Shown: positions 16,938 through 26,254 of the stretch, in pieces
Layout: each line of letters starts with the position of its first letter
How positions within the stretch are numbered: position 1 is the first letter of the stretch
Assembly: GCA_016197205.1 (NCBI GenBank)
Contig: JACPWG010000194.1
Location: 52,429 to 116,428, forward strand
Length of the DNA: 64,000 bases
Reading direction: 5' to 3'
Source of the DNA: Planctomycetota bacterium
Lineage (GTDB): Bacteria; Planctomycetota; MHYJ01; WSZJ01; JACPWG01
Made by a program: the position numbers and the translations under genes
Notes under the pieces: model-generated
The model's input: only the letters and a program-made list of their open reading frames with translations
Told to the model about the DNA's origin: nothing
Databases searched by the model: none

Positions 16938-19250
16938 TCACTCCTCCCCGGCCAGCGACACCCTCACCCGCCCCGCCAGCCACGGCAGCTCCAGCGTCTC
17001 CTCCCGGAAACCGCCGACGCGCAACGACACTCCGAGCGGCCCGGGGTTGACCTCGATGCGCAGCTCTTCGCCCGCCCTCCGCATCCGCCCGCCGCCGGCC
17101 AGGAGCGCACCGCCCAAATAGGCGGCGCCCGACTGCTCAAGGCCAGGAAGCCGCCGAGCCAGCAGCCGGCAGGCCTGCTGGGCGAGCAGCATGGCCAGCC
17201 GGCACTCGTGCCCTTCCCCCGCCTCGTCGGGCAGTCGTTGCGCCTGGACCAAGTGGACCCATTCCCCCGTAAAACCACGGCGACGCGTGCGGGACCGCTC
17301 GTCCGCGTCGCGCGCCTCGCCGAACGAAGCCACCTCCGCGCCGAACTCCGCAGCGAGCGCGCGGCGCCCCCACCGCCCGAGCACGCGGCCGTCGACCGTG
17401 AGGCCGAGGCCCGGCCTCCCCCCGCGGCTTGCCTCGAGGGCGCCGCAATCGGTCAACCCGCGACGCGCCAGCGCCGCGGCCCCGCCCGCGTTCGCCTCCC
17501 CGATGCCCAGCCAGAGGCCCGTCGCGCACTCCTGAAACACCGCCGGACGCGGAGCGGTGTCGCCCGACCCGCGTCGAGGGTGATCGCCGGAGAGGGGGAG
17601 CGTGTCGACGCCCCCGGCGGGCGCGTCCGGGACGTGGAGCAGGAACCGTCCCCCGCCCAGGCGGCCCGATGCCCTCAGGCGCACGAGGAGCCCCCGCTGC
17701 GCGCGGAGCGCCGCCAGTCGATCCGGACCTCGGAACCCCGCCGCCAAATCCGCGTCCCGGGCGGCCCCGTTCAGCCCGACCACCGCGGGCAGCCGTTCGT
17801 CCAGCCGGGCGAGGCGGCCCGGCCAGCCCCCGAGGGCCGAGAGCAGGGCCGCGAGGAGGATGTGTCGCGCCTGCGTCTCCGCCACTCCCGCTTCGCGGAG
17901 GGACTCCCAGGCGCCCAGTTCCGAAAACGGACCGAGCAGCAGCGCGACCCCCGCCGTGTTGGACGACTCGTCGAAAATCCGCTCCGTGTCCTCCACCCGC
18001 CCGCCCAAAGCGCGCTCGAGCGCCTCGACCGGCCGCGACTCCCTGCTGTCGGCGAGCGGCCCCGCCCCCCGGACCTCCGGCCCCCGGACGTCCGCGTGTC
18101 GGCGGCCGTCCGCGGTCGGCCGACTCCCGGCCTCTCCGCGGTCCAAGCGACAGGCCAGGACCTCCTCCAGCCAGCCGCCCCCGCCCGGGCCCGCCGCGGA
18201 CCGCAAGGCCGTCAGGAAGTCCCGTCTCCCCAGCAGGCGCTCCACTTGCGCCACCTCGGCGGTGGGGAGGCTCTCCTCTCCCCGCAGGTACCGTAGCACG
18301 GAGGCCGGGTAGGGTAAATGCCGTAGGAGTGCGCGAAGCCGAGCCAGAAGGTCCAGCACGGCAGCGAGCCACGCGCGCTCGCGCGGCTCGCAGGTCGTCG
18401 GCAGGGCGAGAACCCAAGCGCGAAGCCGTTGGGCCGCGTTCCCCGCCGGCCCCCCGCCGCCCCCCGGGCTCCAACCGCCTCCCGTCCTCGCTCCTTCAGC
18501 GCGGGGGGCCGCATCCAGCGCGCGCGCCGCGAGCGCCGCGAGCTCTCTCAGCCTGCCACCCGTCGGCCACGGGCCCTGCCTTTCCGCCGCCTCCGCGGCC
18601 GCGGAGAGAAGCCGGCCGCACCCCTCCTCGCCGAGAAGGCGGACCAGCGCGTCCATCTCCCCCTGGTCCCGGAACGCCAGCAGGATGTCGCCGAGGTCCG
18701 CGGCGCATCGCGTCAGCGCTGCGAGCGCCCCCGCGCCGGGTGGGAGCGCACGCAGGGCCTCGTAACAGCGGAAATACCACCGATCCCAGGCGCGGCCGTC
18801 GAGAAGCTCGGCCAGAAAAGCGGCGACGAAATGCGAGGGGGTCGGAAAGCGAACGACCGGCGGGCCCTCCGGGGAGGCGGTCGCGAACCGCGCGCAGGCG
18901 GGGTCCTGGAGACTGCGGGCGAGCCCCTGCGAGACGGCGTCCGCCCAGGCGCGTGCGGCCGGCGCCCCGCCGTCCGGACCGCGACCGACGGCGCATTCCG
19001 TTGCCAGGGCCAGGTCCACCTCCACGCGCCGGACAAGGACCAACTCCTCCCCCGGCACAAGAAGTCCGCCCAGCGCGGGCTCGAGTTCGGCCGCCAGTCG
19101 CTCGGCCGCGCGGTCCAGCGCCCGCTTCAGGACCGACCCGCCCTCGTCCCCCTCCTCGTCGAGCAGATACTCGCAGACGTGGCGCGCGACGACGATCCCG
19201 CCGGGGACCGCCGCGTCCCGTGCGAAATCGGGCGATGCCCAGGCTTGCAT
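16938..19250 (-). CDS. Hypothetical 770-aa protein, last gene of the CIS-like island; candidate tail-length determinator (tape-measure-like) by position only
   Basis: ATG at 19250. Ala/Leu/Arg/Glu-rich composition predicted helical. The complementary-strand ORF 17429..19717 is a Pro/Arg-rich shadow frame. No family was recognised. Confidence 0.5.
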   Translation of the reverse strand: MQAWASPDFARDAAVPGGIVVARHVCEYLLDEEGDEGGSVLKRALDRAAERLAAELEPALGGLLVPGEELVLVRRVEVDLALATECAVGRGPDGGAPAARAWADAVSQGLARSLQDPACARFATASPEGPPVVRFPTPSHFVAAFLAELLDGRAWDRWYFRCYEALRALPPGAGALAALTRCAADLGDILLAFRDQGEMDALVRLLGEEGCGRLLSAAAEAAERQGPWPTGGRLRELAALAARALDAAPRAEGARTGGGWSPGGGGGPAGNAAQRLRAWVLALPTTCEPRERAWLAAVLDLLARLRALLRHLPYPASVLRYLRGEESLPTAEVAQVERLLGRRDFLTALRSAAGPGGGGWLEEVLACRLDRGEAGSRPTADGRRHADVRGPEVRGAGPLADSRESRPVEALERALGGRVEDTERIFDESSNTAGVALLLGPFSELGAWESLREAGVAETQARHILLAALLSALGGWPGRLARLDERLPAVVGLNGAARDADLAAGFRGPDRLAALRAQRGLLVRLRASGRLGGGRFLLHVPDAPAGGVDTLPLSGDHPRRGSGDTAPRPAVFQECATGLWLGIGEANAGGAAALARRGLTDCGALEASRGGRPGLGLTVDGRVLGRWGRRALAAEFGAEVASFGEARDADERSRTRRRGFTGEWVHLVQAQRLPDEAGEGHECRLAMLLAQQACRLLARRLPGLEQSGAAYLGGALLAGGGRMRRAGEELRIEVNPGPLGVSLRVGGFREETLELPWLAGRVRVSLAGEE

Positions 19251-19289
19251 CGGCTACCGCCTTAAGGCCTGTGACGTTCTCGGGGGCGC

Positions 19290-19683
19290 CCGCCATGCCG
19301 CCCGACCGTCCGCCTGCGGGCGGAACCACGAAAGGCGGCGTCGGCCCACGACAACTGCGGCCGCACTCGGACAACGGGCCACGAGTGGCCTGTTGCCGAG
19401 CTCCAGACACGAGGCCTGGGGGCGCGGGCCTCCCTCCTCCGCTCGCTCGCCGCGAGCTACGGAGCGCAGGCCCGCCCGCGAGAACGGCCCCATGGGTTGC
19501 GACCCGCCGTGGCAGGGTGGACGACGGGGTCCATCGTTCGTCAACGGGCCACGAGTGGCCTGTTGCCGAAGTCCAGATACGATGCCTGGGGGCGCGGGCC
19601 TCCGGCCCGCGCGAACGTCCGCACGGCGTACGACACGCCGTGACAGAGTTGACGACTGTGTCCGAAGTTCGTCAACGGGCCCC
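19290..19683. repeat. Tandem REP-like palindromic repeats (two full units plus a partial one)
   Basis: Unit: gacaacgggccacgagtggcctgttgccgagctccagacacgaggcctgggggcgcgggcctcc, with palindrome GGCCACGAGTGGCC. It repeats at ~19366 and ~19541, with a partial third copy at ~19660. cctgggggcgcgggcctccggcccgcg also occurs at 22540, 26300 and 63930. Confidence 0.6.
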
Positions 19684-20228
19684 TAGACGAACTCCACCGA
19701 GAGCTGGCCGGGCATGAGGTGGAGGTTTTCGTTGAAGACCCGGATCACCGCGACGCGTGACTCGCGACCCGACACCAGCCGGACCCTCGCCGCCCCGTTT
19801 CGAAGCTGCACCATCCAAATCTGCTTTCCTTCCGGATCCGTGAGCAGGCCGCCGTCCGTCCGCAGGTACACCCGGTCGTGGTCCGCGTCGCTCGCGAGCG
19901 AGTTTCCCTCCAGGTCCACCTTCTGGATTAGGATCGACGTGAAACTCTTTCCGTCCGCGCGGATCTCCGGGATGCCGTCCACCGGGTGCTTTCCCGGCGC
20001 GTCGCACGTCAGCACGAGACGCGCCGGCGGCGAGAAGTCCGGGTTCTCCAGGATCTTGCCCTCGACCGGATTCACCCGAAACGCCGCCAGCGGCTTCCGG
20101 CCCGGGTCGAAGTCCGCGACCAGCTTGTCCTGGTCTCCCACCGGCACCATGTACTCCTCGGCCCCCATGCACTGCCGGAGCCCCACGATCTTGCCGGAAC
20201 TCCGCTCGTACAGGATTTCGCTTCGCAT
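19683..20228 (-). CDS. Hypothetical 181-aa beta-rich protein downstream of the fibre genes (candidate fibre-assembly or tip accessory protein)
   Basis: ATG at 20228. No tube (F.VEIDG), PAAR or gp25 motifs were found. The chaperone idea rests on position only. Confidence 0.45.
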   Translation of the reverse strand: MRSEILYERSSGKIVGLRQCMGAEEYMVPVGDQDKLVADFDPGRKPLAAFRVNPVEGKILENPDFSPPARLVLTCDAPGKHPVDGIPEIRADGKSFTSILIQKVDLEGNSLASDADHDRVYLRTDGGLLTDPEGKQIWMVQLRNGAARVRLVSGRESRVAVIRVFNENLHLMPGQLSVEFV

Positions 20229-20431
20229 GGCTCGTCGCTCCTATCGCGCTCCGGCCGCACTTCGCGCCCGCGACCTTCGCCTTCCGCCATTTGAAATTTG
20301 ACTTTTTGCAATTTGGAATTTGAAATCGAGACTCTTTCGCGACTCCGTCTCTCGCGCCTGTACTCCACGTCGTCCCTGTCACGTTGCCTGAGCCGCCCCC
20401 GCCACGCTCATGCACCACGCCATCCGCGGGT

Positions 20432-22189
20432 CTACCCCCGCGGCGCCGTCCCCGGCGGCACCCGCCAGAGCTGGATCGTCAAGAGCACCGGGTGCAACGT
20501 AAGCCCGGCGACCGGCGCCCCCGAGGCCGCCGTGGAAAGGGCGGGGCTCGCCCCGCGGATCACCCGCAGCGTGTCCTCTGAGGCCAGCTCCACCGAGTAC
20601 CCGTAGGTCTCGCCGCCGAGGCCGAGCGGGCTCAGGTGCTCGCCCGTCGCCGTCACACGCCGCACGTAGGCCATGATCAGAAGGTCGGTCGTGCGCAGGC
20701 CGTGGAAGAGCGTCATGACCGCGGGCGCGGTCCCCTGCTCGAGTTGCACCCAGCCCGAGCGGAAATCCGGCACCGGGAGCCGGAACTTCACGTCCGTCAG
20801 CCCGCGCACCGTGAGGTTGCCCTCCACGACCACGTCTTCCTTCGCCGTGAACCGCTTCTGCACGCCCAGGTTGCGCCGGACCTCCAGGTCGCCGTGCGTC
20901 GTGACGTCGTCGTACAGCCCGACTTTTCGCCGCGCCCCGTCGGCGCTGTAGTTGCCGACGACCATCAGCTCCTTGTACGCGTCATTGTCGTTCACGATCG
21001 CCGCGCCGCCGGTCGGCTCGGTCGGCGTGATCGGCGACCAGGTCGTGTACCGCGGCAGCACCTTCCGCGTCTGCACGTCCCCCTCCGCCTCCACGTGCCG
21101 CAGCCAGAGGTCGGCCGGATGACCGGCGTCCGCGACCAGGGCGAATTTCTGCTTGTTCGTCAGGATCGTCGCCGCCTGTTGGTTCGGGGAGGCGAGCAGA
21201 TGGAGCGCATCGCGCCCCTCCTGCATCACGCCGCGCTCCCGCAGGTCCACCGTGATTTTTCCCCGGAAAATCGCCTGGTTCTGCACGGACAGGTCTCCTT
21301 GCGTCACCAGCGCCTCGTCAGCCAGGATCGACTTCCCTCGGAAGAGGTCCTTGTCCACGACCACGCGATTCCCGCCCTTGCCGTCGTTCGTGCGGACCAC
21401 GAGGTCGTGCGACGCGGTCCCGCGGTTCTCGTCCGCCGTCTTCGTGACGAGCGAGGAGTCGTTCTCGTTCGCTTCCAGCACCAGCCGGCCGCGCCCGTCC
21501 CCGATCGACCGCCCCACGGTCACCCGCCCGCGCACCGCCGCGTCCCCGGCGAACCGCGCGACCGCCGCGGCGATCCGGAGCTGCGCGGCGTCCGAGGGCG
21601 GCCGCACCTCCTCCGCGACCACGCCCACGTGTTTGCGCGCGCCGTTGTCCGCGTCCACGATTTTTCCGCCGTCCCAGAAGAGCCGGCCCACCGGGACCGG
21701 CCAGCGTCCCTTCTCCGGGTCGTCCGGGAGCGGGTCCGAGGGCTTCGGCGGGTTGGGGAAGGCCGGCTGGTCCCCCAGCAGCAGCCGGTACGTCTCGGTC
21801 CAGCGCGAGAAGGCCTCCGGGTCGGTCCCCGCTCCGGTCACGTTCGCCTGCAGCCGGTGGTAGGTCACCCACACCACGAAGGCGCCTTGTTTTTCGCGGA
21901 AGCCGCGCGCGACGAACTCCATCTCGTCGATGCGGGCCTCCTTGAGCACCAGGATCTCCCGGCCGAAACCGTCGACCGCCATCCCGGGCTCCAGGAAATA
22001 CTGCGGGCCCGCCGCGCCCTCCGCTTTCCGCTTGACGAGCGTGAGGCCGCTCACGATCCCCCAGGTGTGCTCGCCGATCGCATGTCGGCGCCGCATCTCC
22101 ATGTGGTACCGCTGCTCGTCCAGGAGGTCCTCCGGCGTCAGGAGCTGGCGCGCGCGGTAGAACAGGCGTTGCACTTCATCGCCGGGCAT
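20432..22189 (-). CDS. Fibre/receptor-binding-like protein C (585 aa) whose N-terminal ~90 aa are paralogous to the N-terminus of the 22640..25057 protein
   Basis: ATG at 22189, GGAGG Shine-Dalgarno 6 nt upstream. N-terminus LTPEDLLDEQRYHMEMRRRHAIGEHTWGIVSGLTLV...YFLEPGMAVDGFGREILV aligns with LLEVRDFQDEQAYHTGRRWFHAAALHGWGTVAGLWV...VLVEPGLALDGLGREILL of the neighbouring protein. The C-terminal parts are unrelated. Confidence 0.65.
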   Translation of the reverse strand: MPGDEVQRLFYRARQLLTPEDLLDEQRYHMEMRRRHAIGEHTWGIVSGLTLVKRKAEGAAGPQYFLEPGMAVDGFGREILVLKEARIDEMEFVARGFREKQGAFVVWVTYHRLQANVTGAGTDPEAFSRWTETYRLLLGDQPAFPNPPKPSDPLPDDPEKGRWPVPVGRLFWDGGKIVDADNGARKHVGVVAEEVRPPSDAAQLRIAAAVARFAGDAAVRGRVTVGRSIGDGRGRLVLEANENDSSLVTKTADENRGTASHDLVVRTNDGKGGNRVVVDKDLFRGKSILADEALVTQGDLSVQNQAIFRGKITVDLRERGVMQEGRDALHLLASPNQQAATILTNKQKFALVADAGHPADLWLRHVEAEGDVQTRKVLPRYTTWSPITPTEPTGGAAIVNDNDAYKELMVVGNYSADGARRKVGLYDDVTTHGDLEVRRNLGVQKRFTAKEDVVVEGNLTVRGLTDVKFRLPVPDFRSGWVQLEQGTAPAVMTLFHGLRTTDLLIMAYVRRVTATGEHLSPLGLGGETYGYSVELASEDTLRVIRGASPALSTAASGAPVAGLTLHPVLLTIQLWRVPPGTAPRG

Positions 22190-22236
22190 CGTCGCCTCCT
22201 CGGGTTCGTTTGGTGGGTTGCGGCTCCGCCGCGTTA

Positions 22237-22503
22237 GGGCCCGTAAGAAGATAACTTGCTCGTTGGACGCGCAGGGGGGCGACCTGAATTCTCAATGCTC
22301 AATTTTCAAGACTCAGACAAGGCTCAAGGTTCAATTCTCCATGACCACCATGGAACGTAGCCCGGGCAGGGAATTGCGGACTCTGAGCCTTGAACTTTGA
22401 GCCTTGTCTGAAAATTGATCCTTGAGCGTTGAGCCTTTTCCTGAGGAGCTCCCTGGTTTCCGAACTGCAGGAGCTGTTCCTGTACGCGCCCTTAGCGCCC
22501 GCG
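22237..22503 (+). mobile_element. MITE copy 1 (~267 bp, low GC) with terminal inverted repeats GGCCCGTAAG / CTTAGCGCCC and an internal ~45-bp hairpin
   Basis: ctcaatgctcaattttcaagactcagacaaggctcaaggttcaa pairs with ttgaactttgagccttgtctgaaaattgatccttgagcgttgag. The same element occurs at 37510-37756 (same orientation) and 30789-31052 (inverted) at about 90% identity. Confidence 0.65.
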
Positions 22504-22640
22504 CAAGAATTACTTTACATTTTCGTGGATCGACCGATGCCTGGGGGCGCGGGCCTCCGGCCCGCGCAGCGCGGCCCCGAGGGCCGCGCCCCCAGGAGCC
22601 TCGAGGTCCGAGTCTGCGCAGGTATTTTTTCGCGGGCGCT
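22494..22640. repeat. R1-prime: 147-bp direct repeat immediately downstream of the fibre-B stop; its partner R1 is at 26255-26400
   Basis: gcgcccgcgcaagaattactttacattttcgtggatcgaccgatgcctgggggcgcgggcctccggcccgcgcagcgcggccccgagggccgcgcccccaggagcctcgaggtccgagtctgcgcaggtattttttcgcgggcgc. Near identical to the 26255-26400 copy and contains a REP-like 15-bp-stem palindrome. Confidence 0.65.
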
Positions 22641-25057
22641 TAGGTGAGCGTGAACCAGCTTTCGAACGTCCCGCCCGCCGCCCCCGTCCCGGTCCGGTCG
22701 AGCGCGAAGGTCCCGTCCGGGTTCGGGAGGAACCGGGCCGCGGCCTCCACCGGCCGGTTGTTGCGGTCCAGGACCAGGTCCCCCCGCAGAACCAGCAGCA
22801 GGCGGTCTCCGGGCTTCACGAAGTCGCGGTAGTACGTCGACTCCTGCATCACGAGCGCGGCCGAGCGACCGTCCGCGCCGGGCCGGATCATCATCGGCGG
22901 CGAGGGGATCACGAAAAAAAGATACTCGCCTGTCTTCGGGTTGCTCCGCCGGATCCGGAGCTGCAGGGTCTCCTCGCGCAGGCACGCGGTGCGCACCTCG
23001 TGGTCGAAGACGACCTCCAGGCCGCGCAGCAGCTCGGGGCGCGCGATCGTCCCGCCGTGGGTCCAGTTGATGCGGACGATCCGGGTCCCCTCCGCGCCGG
23101 CCGCGGGGCCACCCGCCTGCCCTTCGACAGGCGCAGCCGGCGCCGCCGGCGCCGACGCCGCCGTGGGCGCGCCGGCCGAGGGCGCGAGCGCGGCGGGAAC
23201 GGCAGGTCCGCCGGGCGAGATGCGCGCCGACTCCGGGAAGGGGGCGCCGCGCGTCTGGGTGGACAGGCCCCGGATCGCCTCGGCGAGCACGTCCACCGGC
23301 GGCGCCAGCCGCCGCGCGACCCAGTTGTCGATCCGGTCCACGCCGATGCGCTCGCCGTCCGTGTACCTTGTGATCGCCGCAAGGAGGACCCGCTCCCCGC
23401 CCGCGCGCTCCCGCGGCTTCGCGACGGGCCTGCGCAGCAGGTCCAGCGTCGCCCCCTCTTCGAGCTCCACCAGCGTGACGGCGCCGCTGCCGGCCGCCAC
23501 GCCGCCCGGGTTCGCCACGTAGAGGCTCCGGCCCGTCGGGTCCAACGCAAGCCCCTGCGGGTTCTCGCCGACCTCGACGGCGAAGCCGAGCGCTTCCCCG
23601 CGCCCGGCGACCGCGGCCTCCACGTTGAGCACGCGCACCGAGCCCCGCCCTTCCCCCCCGGCCGCGTCCCCTGTGGCTACGAGCGCCCACTCGCCCGTCG
23701 CCGATACCAGCAGGTCCACCGGGGTCTGGGGGAGCTGCACCGTCGCGGCGCAGGTCGGGCCCGCGGGGGCGTCGAGGGTCCGGAGGTCGAGTATCTGCGC
23801 GCTCCGACCCCCGCGGCAGGTGACGACGAGCCAATGCCCCGCGGGCGTCACCGCGAGCCGGTCCGGTTCGGCGTCCGTCTTCACCTGGGCCGTCTTCGCC
23901 GGTCGCGCGTCCGCGACGGGCGCGGTCAGCCGCGTCGCGTCCAGGATCTCCACGCGGTCGTCCCCGGAGCATGCGACGAAGAGCCGGGCGCCGTCCGGCG
24001 TGAGCGCAAGCCCCCACGGCAGCCGGCCGGTGGGAAAGGCCGCGACCGGCGGCACGCCGCTCGGGCTCCGCGACCCTTGCAGGCTCCAGCAGAGCACCTG
24101 TCCCGTCCCGTCCGGCTCGCCGCGCCGCACGCCGAACAAGTGCCGCCCGTCCGCGCTCAGCCGCAGCGGACCCTTCTGCGCACCGGTCGCTCCGGCCACC
24201 GGAAACTCCGCGACGATCGCACGGTCCCGGCTCCGCTCCAACTCCTCCAGGTCCACTTCGAGGATGCGGTAGGGCGTCGAGGAGGTCTCCCGGGACGTGG
24301 AAATCCAGGCGCGCTTTCCGTCGGTCGAGACCGCCATCGACGCGGGCGCATTCCCGACGCTGATCGACGCGATCGGGGACTGGTTGTCCGCATGGAACAC
24401 GTGGAGCGTGCCCTGCTCCCCGCCGCCCAGGATCAGGAGCCGACGGCGGGACCCCACGAAGACCGCCTGGATCGGCCTGGGCACGACGATGGTGTGGGTC
24501 CACCGCATCCGGATGCGGGAGGGATCCGGCGGCGGCGGGGGAGGGAGCTCCTCCTCTCCCAGCACCTCGAGGGCGAACCCCTCCCGGATGCGATCCGGGG
24601 CGGCCGGCCCCGCGCCGCCCGGCTTGGCGACGCCCGCCGCACCCGCGCCCTGCGGCCTCGCGGCCTCCACCTCGGACTCGGCGTAGCGCGCGGCGATATA
24701 CAGCGTTCGCCCGAGCCCGGGAAACGCCTCCGCCGCTCCCCCCTTCGAGCGCGCGGCCGCGGCCACGTCCACCACCTGTTCCGACGAAAGCAAAATCTCC
24801 CGGCCCAGCCCGTCCAGCGCGAGCCCGGGCTCCACGAGGACCCGTCCGTCCGGTCCTGCCGGATGCGGCTTCACCCACAGCCCCGCGACCGTGCCCCAGC
24901 CGTGCAGGGCCGCGGCGTGGAACCAGCGGCGCCCGGTGTGGTAGGCCTGCTCGTCCTGGAAGTCGCGGACCTCGAGCAGCTTCCCCTTGAAATAGCGGAC
25001 GCGTTCGCCCGCGGCGCCGGGGACGCCGGCCGGTCCCGTTCCCACGCTCTCCGTCAC
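22640..25057 (-). CDS. Fibre/receptor-binding-like protein B (~806 aa): shared N-terminal anchor domain, YVTN/NHL-type beta-propeller repeats, and a C-terminal domain
   Basis: The real start is a GTG at 25057 that overlaps the TGA of the upstream gene (ctGTGAcgg). Upstream of 25057 the six-frame ORF is G/R/P-rich junk. Propeller-like repeats: DGKRAWISTSRE...YRILEVDL, DGRHLFGVRRG, DGARLFVACSGDDRVEILDA, AGHWLVVTCRGGRSAQILDL, RSLYVANPGG. Confidence 0.7.
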   Translation of the reverse strand: MTESVGTGPAGVPGAAGERVRYFKGKLLEVRDFQDEQAYHTGRRWFHAAALHGWGTVAGLWVKPHPAGPDGRVLVEPGLALDGLGREILLSSEQVVDVAAAARSKGGAAEAFPGLGRTLYIAARYAESEVEAARPQGAGAAGVAKPGGAGPAAPDRIREGFALEVLGEEELPPPPPPDPSRIRMRWTHTIVVPRPIQAVFVGSRRRLLILGGGEQGTLHVFHADNQSPIASISVGNAPASMAVSTDGKRAWISTSRETSSTPYRILEVDLEELERSRDRAIVAEFPVAGATGAQKGPLRLSADGRHLFGVRRGEPDGTGQVLCWSLQGSRSPSGVPPVAAFPTGRLPWGLALTPDGARLFVACSGDDRVEILDATRLTAPVADARPAKTAQVKTDAEPDRLAVTPAGHWLVVTCRGGRSAQILDLRTLDAPAGPTCAATVQLPQTPVDLLVSATGEWALVATGDAAGGEGRGSVRVLNVEAAVAGRGEALGFAVEVGENPQGLALDPTGRSLYVANPGGVAAGSGAVTLVELEEGATLDLLRRPVAKPRERAGGERVLLAAITRYTDGERIGVDRIDNWVARRLAPPVDVLAEAIRGLSTQTRGAPFPESARISPGGPAVPAALAPSAGAPTAASAPAAPAAPVEGQAGGPAAGAEGTRIVRINWTHGGTIARPELLRGLEVVFDHEVRTACLREETLQLRIRRSNPKTGEYLFFVIPSPPMMIRPGADGRSAALVMQESTYYRDFVKPGDRLLLVLRGDLVLDRNNRPVEAAARFLPNPDGTFALDRTGTGAAGGTFESWFTLT

Positions 25058-26217
25058 AGTCGCATGCCCTCTTCGCCGAGCACGGCGTCGACCCCGATCC
25101 GGGGCGCGGCCGGCCCCTCGGGGACGAGGGCCGGCCCCGGGCCCTCCTCCCCGACCCTGAAGTCGAAGAGCGTGTGCGCGGGCTTTTCCGCCTCCACCAC
25201 CCGGGCCAGGGCACGCCGCGCCGCGTCGTCCGCGCATTCGCCGGGGCGCAGCACGACCGTGAAGCGGTGCGCGTGCGCGTACCAGGCCTCCCGGTCCGGA
25301 TCCACCCCGACCCGGAAGGGCAGCTCGATGCCGGCACGCGGTTCCGCCTCGGTCGGCTCGGGCCGGCGCCGGAAGTGCTCCTCCAGGCTCGGCCGGCGGC
25401 CCAGGAAGGCCTCCAGCGCGTCCGCGATCCCCGCGGGCGTCCCCCGCGTCCGGAAGAGACGGCCCGCGCGCGCCAGAAAACGCCTCCGTGCCTCCGTAGG
25501 CCAGGCCGGGTCGTTCGCTACGCCCAGGATCCCCGCGAGCCACGGCAGGAAGTCCGCGGGCGCCGACAGCGGATCGAGCCGCGCCTGGAACTCCGTCGCG
25601 CCGCTCCGGATCGGCTCCAGCGCGCGGTCGAAGACCGAGACGAACCGTTCGAGGAAGCCGTCCCCCTTCGAGGATTCCCTGTAGACCGCCGGCAGGAAAC
25701 GCGCCGAGGTCACGCGCGGGAAGCGCACCGAGAGCGAGGCAAGCCTCGGCGTGGCCCGCGTGCCGCCGCGGAACGAAACCCGGATCCACAGGTACCGCCC
25801 CGCGCGGGACTGGACCAGGAACTCCGTCGGGTTCACCTGGGGCGACGACCACCCGTCCCCCGCCGCCGTCCCGGTCCCCGGCCTCGCGGGCGCGGGGTCC
25901 GCCGACTGCTCCGAAGTCAGCGTCTGGACGACCAGCGCGGTCCCCGTCGGGATGTCCGCTTCGAGCTCCACGCGGTGCCACGTGCAGCCCGCCTCCCCGC
26001 CGTCCAGCGGACCCAGGACCACCCGGCCCTCGGCCAAGAACCCCTGGCCGGAGCCGGGCGTGGCCGGAGGCAGGGTCCCGTCCGCCGGGAGCGGCAGCGA
26101 CCTGGACGCCAGCCGCAGCCCGTCCGGGAGCGCCTCCAGCCCCTCCATCCCCGCCCCGACCATGCGCCAGCCCGTCTCCGGGTCCAGGAGCAGGCAACGC
26201 AAGCCCGGGGTCATCAT
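25054..26217 (-). CDS. Baseplate wedge protein related to P2 gpI (Tail_P2_I-like region inside a longer protein)
   Basis: Start ATGATG at 26217. ...SAPADFLPWLAGILGVANDPAWPTEARRRFLARAGRLFRTRGTPAGIADALEAFLG resembles the P2 gpI core (FLPWLAW...W.E..KR......H..KGT.....AL). Sits between Baseplate_J and the fibre-like genes, as in P2 and Afp loci. Confidence 0.5.
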   Translation of the reverse strand: MMTPGLRCLLLDPETGWRMVGAGMEGLEALPDGLRLASRSLPLPADGTLPPATPGSGQGFLAEGRVVLGPLDGGEAGCTWHRVELEADIPTGTALVVQTLTSEQSADPAPARPGTGTAAGDGWSSPQVNPTEFLVQSRAGRYLWIRVSFRGGTRATPRLASLSVRFPRVTSARFLPAVYRESSKGDGFLERFVSVFDRALEPIRSGATEFQARLDPLSAPADFLPWLAGILGVANDPAWPTEARRRFLARAGRLFRTRGTPAGIADALEAFLGRRPSLEEHFRRRPEPTEAEPRAGIELPFRVGVDPDREAWYAHAHRFTVVLRPGECADDAARRALARVVEAEKPAHTLFDFRVGEEGPGPALVPEGPAAPRIGVDAVLGEEGMRL

Positions 26218-26254
26218 GCCTCTGTTCCCTGGAAGAAGGCCGAAGCGGTTCCTC

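Noticed and set aside
17429-19717. 762-aa plus-strand ORF
   Set aside because: About 40% Pro/Arg, a shadow frame of the minus-strand 770-aa gene typical of a 70% GC genome. The same applies to 2849..4102, 4242..6101, 8846..10849, 22941..25684, 28421..30574, 37833..40090 (+), 40860..42746, 42482..44488, 47347..48882, 48674..50329 and similar ORFs.
20432-22189. Candidate sheath protein
   Set aside because: The size (585 aa) is sheath-like, but it has no sheath N-terminal or C-terminal signatures. Its N-terminal domain is shared with the propeller-containing fibre-like protein, which favours a fibre or receptor-binding role.
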